The notes beneath the pieces were generated by a model that worked only from the letters and a program-made list of their open reading frames with translations, was not told the DNA's origin and made no database searches. 64,000 nt of DNA from assembly GCF_046119375.1 (NCBI RefSeq), contig NW_027362767.1, positions 265,794,001-265,858,000 on the forward strand. Direction: 5' to 3'. Of the stretch, positions 60,531-64,000 are shown piece by piece. The DNA comes from Phyllobates terribilis. Its lineage: Eukaryota. The position numbers and the translations under genes are program-made. Positions within the stretch are counted from its first letter, which is position 1. The number at the start of each line of letters is the position of its first letter.

Positions 60531-60721
60531 GGATGTTTGTAATTCATTACAGGTATGTATGGTATACAGTGACGAGCAACAGGGTAACAATGCTTTCAGC
60601 TTCTGACTTTCAGGCTTCATATCGCACCATCCACTACTGCTTCTAACGTGAGACTACCATCATTTTATAGACAATCATCTTGGCTATCTCATACAGAAAT
60701 TTGACTTGTAACTATTTAGCA

Positions 60722-60980
60722 TATTTATGTTACTCACTTATATAGCACCATTAATTCCACAGCGCTTTACAGACATTATCGTCGCTGTCCCCATTGTGAC
60801 ACAATCTAGATTCCCTATCAGTATGTCTTTGGAGTGTGGGAGGAAACCGGAGAACCCGGAGGAAACCCGCACAAACACAGGAAGAACATACAAACTGCAG
60901 ATGTTGTCCTTGGTGGGATTTGAACCCAGGACCCCTGCGATGCAACGCTGTAGTGCTAACCACTGAGCCACCGTGCTGCC
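60722..60980 (-). mobile_element. tRNA-derived SINE (V-SINE-like core, LINE-like tail)
   Basis: Minus strand GGCAGCACGGTGGCTCAGTGGTTAGCAC (A box), GGGTTCAAATCCC (B box), GGGTTTCCTCCGGGTTCTCCGGTTTCCTCCCACA core, and TGTAAAGCGCTG...GGTGCTATATAA tail. Confidence 0.85.
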
Positions 60981-61059
60981 AGCATATGATTAGCTATGCA
61001 GATTCTTGTCATGTCACTGCATTGTTACCATTTTGCTCTTAAAAATATAAATTTTTCTT

Positions 61060-61750
61060 GAACTCTACCTACAAGTGTTAGATTGGGTTGAGATCTGGGG
61101 TCTGTGGGGGCCAATCTGGCACCTCTACTTCATTGTTATTGAACCATTTCTTCTCCAATCTCGACATATGCTCCGAGTCGTGTTCCAGCAGGACATCGAC
61201 TCGGAGTATATGTACTAAGTAATTTGTCCTGTAGGATACTCACATATAGACCACCATCCATCCTGGTCAAGTATCCAATGCCATTGGCTGTGACACAACC
61301 CCTTATCATCAGGCTTCCTCCATCGGACTTGACAGTTCCTTCAATTTCTCCATCCCTTAGCCCCTTTTCCCTTTGTATATTCCAGACCCATTTGCACCCA
61401 TCAGAGCCTAGTCTATTGACTTTCATCTTATCGCTCCAAATCACCCATTTCCAGTCTTCTACTGTCCACCTTTTGTACATTTTTACAAACTCGAGCCAAC
61501 GCTTCTCATGACATTGAAGTCGAGGCTTCTTCACCATTTTTCGGGCCACCATTTCAGACTTGTGTAACGTGCGTCACACGGTGCTTGCATGGACCTCTGT
61601 GATCCCCTATTATGAAGCATACGAGCCTCCTCCACTGATGTGTTTGTCGTACCAGAACTGATAGACCTTGTGATGAGCCGATTTGTTGACTCCTATATTT
61701 TGCCTGGACGTCCACCTCTTGGCTTTTGAATGGATGGACAGACTTCATTT
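61060..61750 (-). mobile_element. Decayed Tc1-like transposase fragment
   Basis: ORF 61136..61552: KKPRL...WTVEDWKWVIWSDKMKVN...TVKSDGGSLMIRGC...GIGYL...YVSILQDKLL. Confidence 0.85.
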
Positions 61751-62439
61751 TGTATTCTTCCTACTATCACATGCTGCAGTTTGGCGATGTTCTTGGCAGA
61801 GAGACCGCCATCTATGAGCTGGATGATGCCGTTTCTCTTTTCTTGGGAAATCTTCTTCATGGCTGCTCCTCAATGCGAAGGTATGAGATAGCCAAGAAGA
61901 TCGTCTATAAAATGATGGTAGTCTCATGTTGGAAGCAGTAGTGGATGGTGAGATATGGAGCCTGAAAGCCAGAAGCTCAAAACATTGTTACCCTTTTGCT
62001 TATCAGTGTAAGTGCTACAACCTGACATCGACATCCTGCTGTTACATACACAGATAATTATATATTAACGATGAACATCATTTCGCATCCCTGCAGTCTC
62101 TTACGTTTCATTATTTCCCTTTAGGTAAGCAGGAGGTTTCCTACCAGGCTGCCTAATGCCACCATAGGAATAATGCTGCAGAGCTGGAAATGCTCACCGC
62201 CATAATACAGACCGATGATAACACAGCACTGGCATCACATGTAACACCTACAGGAAACCAGGCACCGCGAGGAGCCATAATAGAGCACAGGACGACCCCC
62301 TGATGTATTCACACCTACTCCAGTCACAGTCAAAGCTGCTGAGAACATTAGAAATAGGACAGTTTCCAAAGTTACACATTTAATCCCTGCAGCATACAAT
62401 AATGACAAGGAGCCGGATATTACACCACCAGAACAGGCA

Positions 62440-62445
62440 TTTATT
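62440..62445 (-). terminator. Putative PHPT1 polyadenylation signal
   Basis: TTTATT on plus, about 410 nt past the PHPT1 stop. Confidence 0.45.
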
Positions 62446-62853
62446 TACACGAGATTCAGCAATGGCAAAGACCTGTCATGGAGGTGCCGGCAACAAGGGA
62501 CCCTGTACAAAACACACAAGTCAACAGTCATTACTGGTACGAGGGGTGGTAGCATCCCTGCCAGCTGCAGACAGTGAAGACATGAAAAAAAAAAAAAAAA
62601 AAGGTACTTGGTCTGATGTATTTTCTGTTGCAGACAGCAGGTGGCGCTGCCCTGATAAATGACAATACCACAAGGTACATGGGCACCTGCAATCCTCACA
62701 GCGGACCTGGTCACAGTCCCCTAGTGACAATGAATCTATGCTTCTGGCTGTTGCATAATATGACGCTGCCTCCTTGTGAGCAACGGTTGTAGAGACCGCT
62801 CCTCAGTACAAGTGTGATAAGAGTATTGGACAGGTCGCTGTGTGCTCCGGAAT

Positions 62854-62946
62854 TTAGTATCCTTCATCTGAGCAGGTCACTTCATAGTCTGGATATTTCA
62901 GTTTTATCAGTTCCATAGTCGATGCGTGTCTGGCCTGGCCAAAACC
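62854..62946 (-). CDS. PHPT1: 14-kDa phosphohistidine phosphatase, last coding exon; upstream exons lie beyond window end
   Basis: Acceptor TTACCTCTGCAG, then [30 protein letters not shown] (93 nt). Matches the recalled human C-terminus [30 protein letters not shown]. Same orientation upstream of MAMDC4 as in human. Confidence 0.9.
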   Translation of the reverse strand, partial: GFGQARHASTMELIKLKYPDYEVTCSDEGY

Positions 62947-63009
62947 CTGCAGAGGTAACAGAAAGAAACAGAGCTGTGGATGATAAGCTGAAAGTGCAAT
63001 AGTCCAGAG

Positions 63010-63462
63010 CTACATCCTGTATTATACTCCAGAGCTGCACTCACTATTCTGCTGGTGCAGTCACTGTGTACATACATTACATTACTTATTCTGTACTGAT
63101 CCTGAGTTACATCCTGTATTATACTCCAGAGCTGCACTCACTACTCTGCTGGTGCAGTCACTGTGTACATGCATTACATTACTTATCCTGTACTGATCCT
63201 GAGTTACATCCTGTATTATACCCCAGAGCTGCACTCACTATTCTGCTGGTGCAGTCACTGTGTACATACATTACATTACTTATCCTGTACTGATCCTGAA
63301 TTACATCCTGTATTATACCCCAGAGCTGCGCTCACTATTCTGCTGGTGCAGTCACTGTGTACATACATTACATTACTTATCCTGCACTGATCATGAATTA
63401 CATCCTGTATTATACCCCAGAGCTGCACTCACTATTCTACTGGTGCAGTCACTGTGTACACA
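63010..63462. repeat. 97-bp satellite array, about 4.7 copies
   Basis: Near-identical ORFs at 63066, 63163, 63260 and 63357 (offset 97). Confidence 0.95.
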
Positions 63463-64000
63463 CACTGCTCAAAAAAATAAAGGGAACACTTAAACAACAG
63501 AATATAACTCCAAGTAATTCAAACTTCTGTGAAATCAAACTGTCCACTTAGGAAGCAACACTGATTGACAATCAATTTCACATGCTGTTGTGCAAATGGA
63601 ATAGACAATAGATGGAAATTATTGGCAATTATCAAGACACCCTCAATAAAGGAGTGGTTCTGCAGATGGGGACCACAGACCACATCTCAGTACCAATGCT
63701 TTCTGGCTGATGTTTTGGTCACTTTTGAATGTTGGTTGTGCTTTCACACTCATGGTAGCATGAGACGGACTCTACAACCCACAGAAGTTGCTCAGGTAGT
63801 GCAGCTCATCCCGGATGGCACATCAATGTGAGCTGTGGCAAGAAGGTTTGCTGTGTCTGTCAGCGTAGTGTCCAGAGGCTGGAGGCACTACCAGGAGACA
63901 GGCCAGTACACCAGGAGACGTGGAGGAGGCCGTAGGAGGGCAACAACCCAGAAGCAGGACCGCTACCTCCGCCTTTGTGCAAGGAGGAACAGGAGGAGCA
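63463..64000 (+). mobile_element. Tc1 element, 5' end with transposase N-terminus and a premature stop; continues beyond window
   Basis: TIR CACTGCTCAAAAAAATAAAGGGAACAC. ATG 63760 [23 protein letters not shown] (TGA 63829-63831), then in frame [46 protein letters not shown] (paired-like HTH). Confidence 0.9.

Noticed and set aside
60900-60980. Possible tRNA gene
   Set aside because: A and B boxes are present, but they continue into a SINE core and tail with no proper acceptor-stem closure.

Overview
Vertebrate genomic DNA, very likely an anuran (frog); this is inferred from the repeat landscape and gene content, not proven. It is a gene-dense block syntenic with human 9q34. All genes are spliced, so the ORF track shows only fragments; I assembled exons by hand from GT-AG sites with phase continuity. 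Order: PAXX (-, 5' three coding exons, runs off the window start); an unrecognised gene of at least 1001 aa with about 6 armadillo-like repeats, 3 fibronectin-III domains and a long basic disordered tail (+, 16 exons); COQ4 (-, 7 exons, 281 aa); EDF1 (+, 5 exons, 148 aa); MAMDC4 (-, 27 exons, 1117 aa); PHPT1 (-, last exon only). The first five genes alternate head-to-head and tail-to-tail. Introns carry minisatellites, hAT and TTAA-flanked non-autonomous DNA transposons, Tc1 remnants (one holding a three-level nest), a decayed L1-type LINE and a tRNA-derived SINE. There is one 143-N assembly gap. The longest ORFs in the track (928-1046 aa, 53.6-56.8 kb) are minisatellite artefacts. The best candidate for something undescribed is the ARM-FN3 gene. 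No database search could be run, so all homology calls come from recalled protein sequences.
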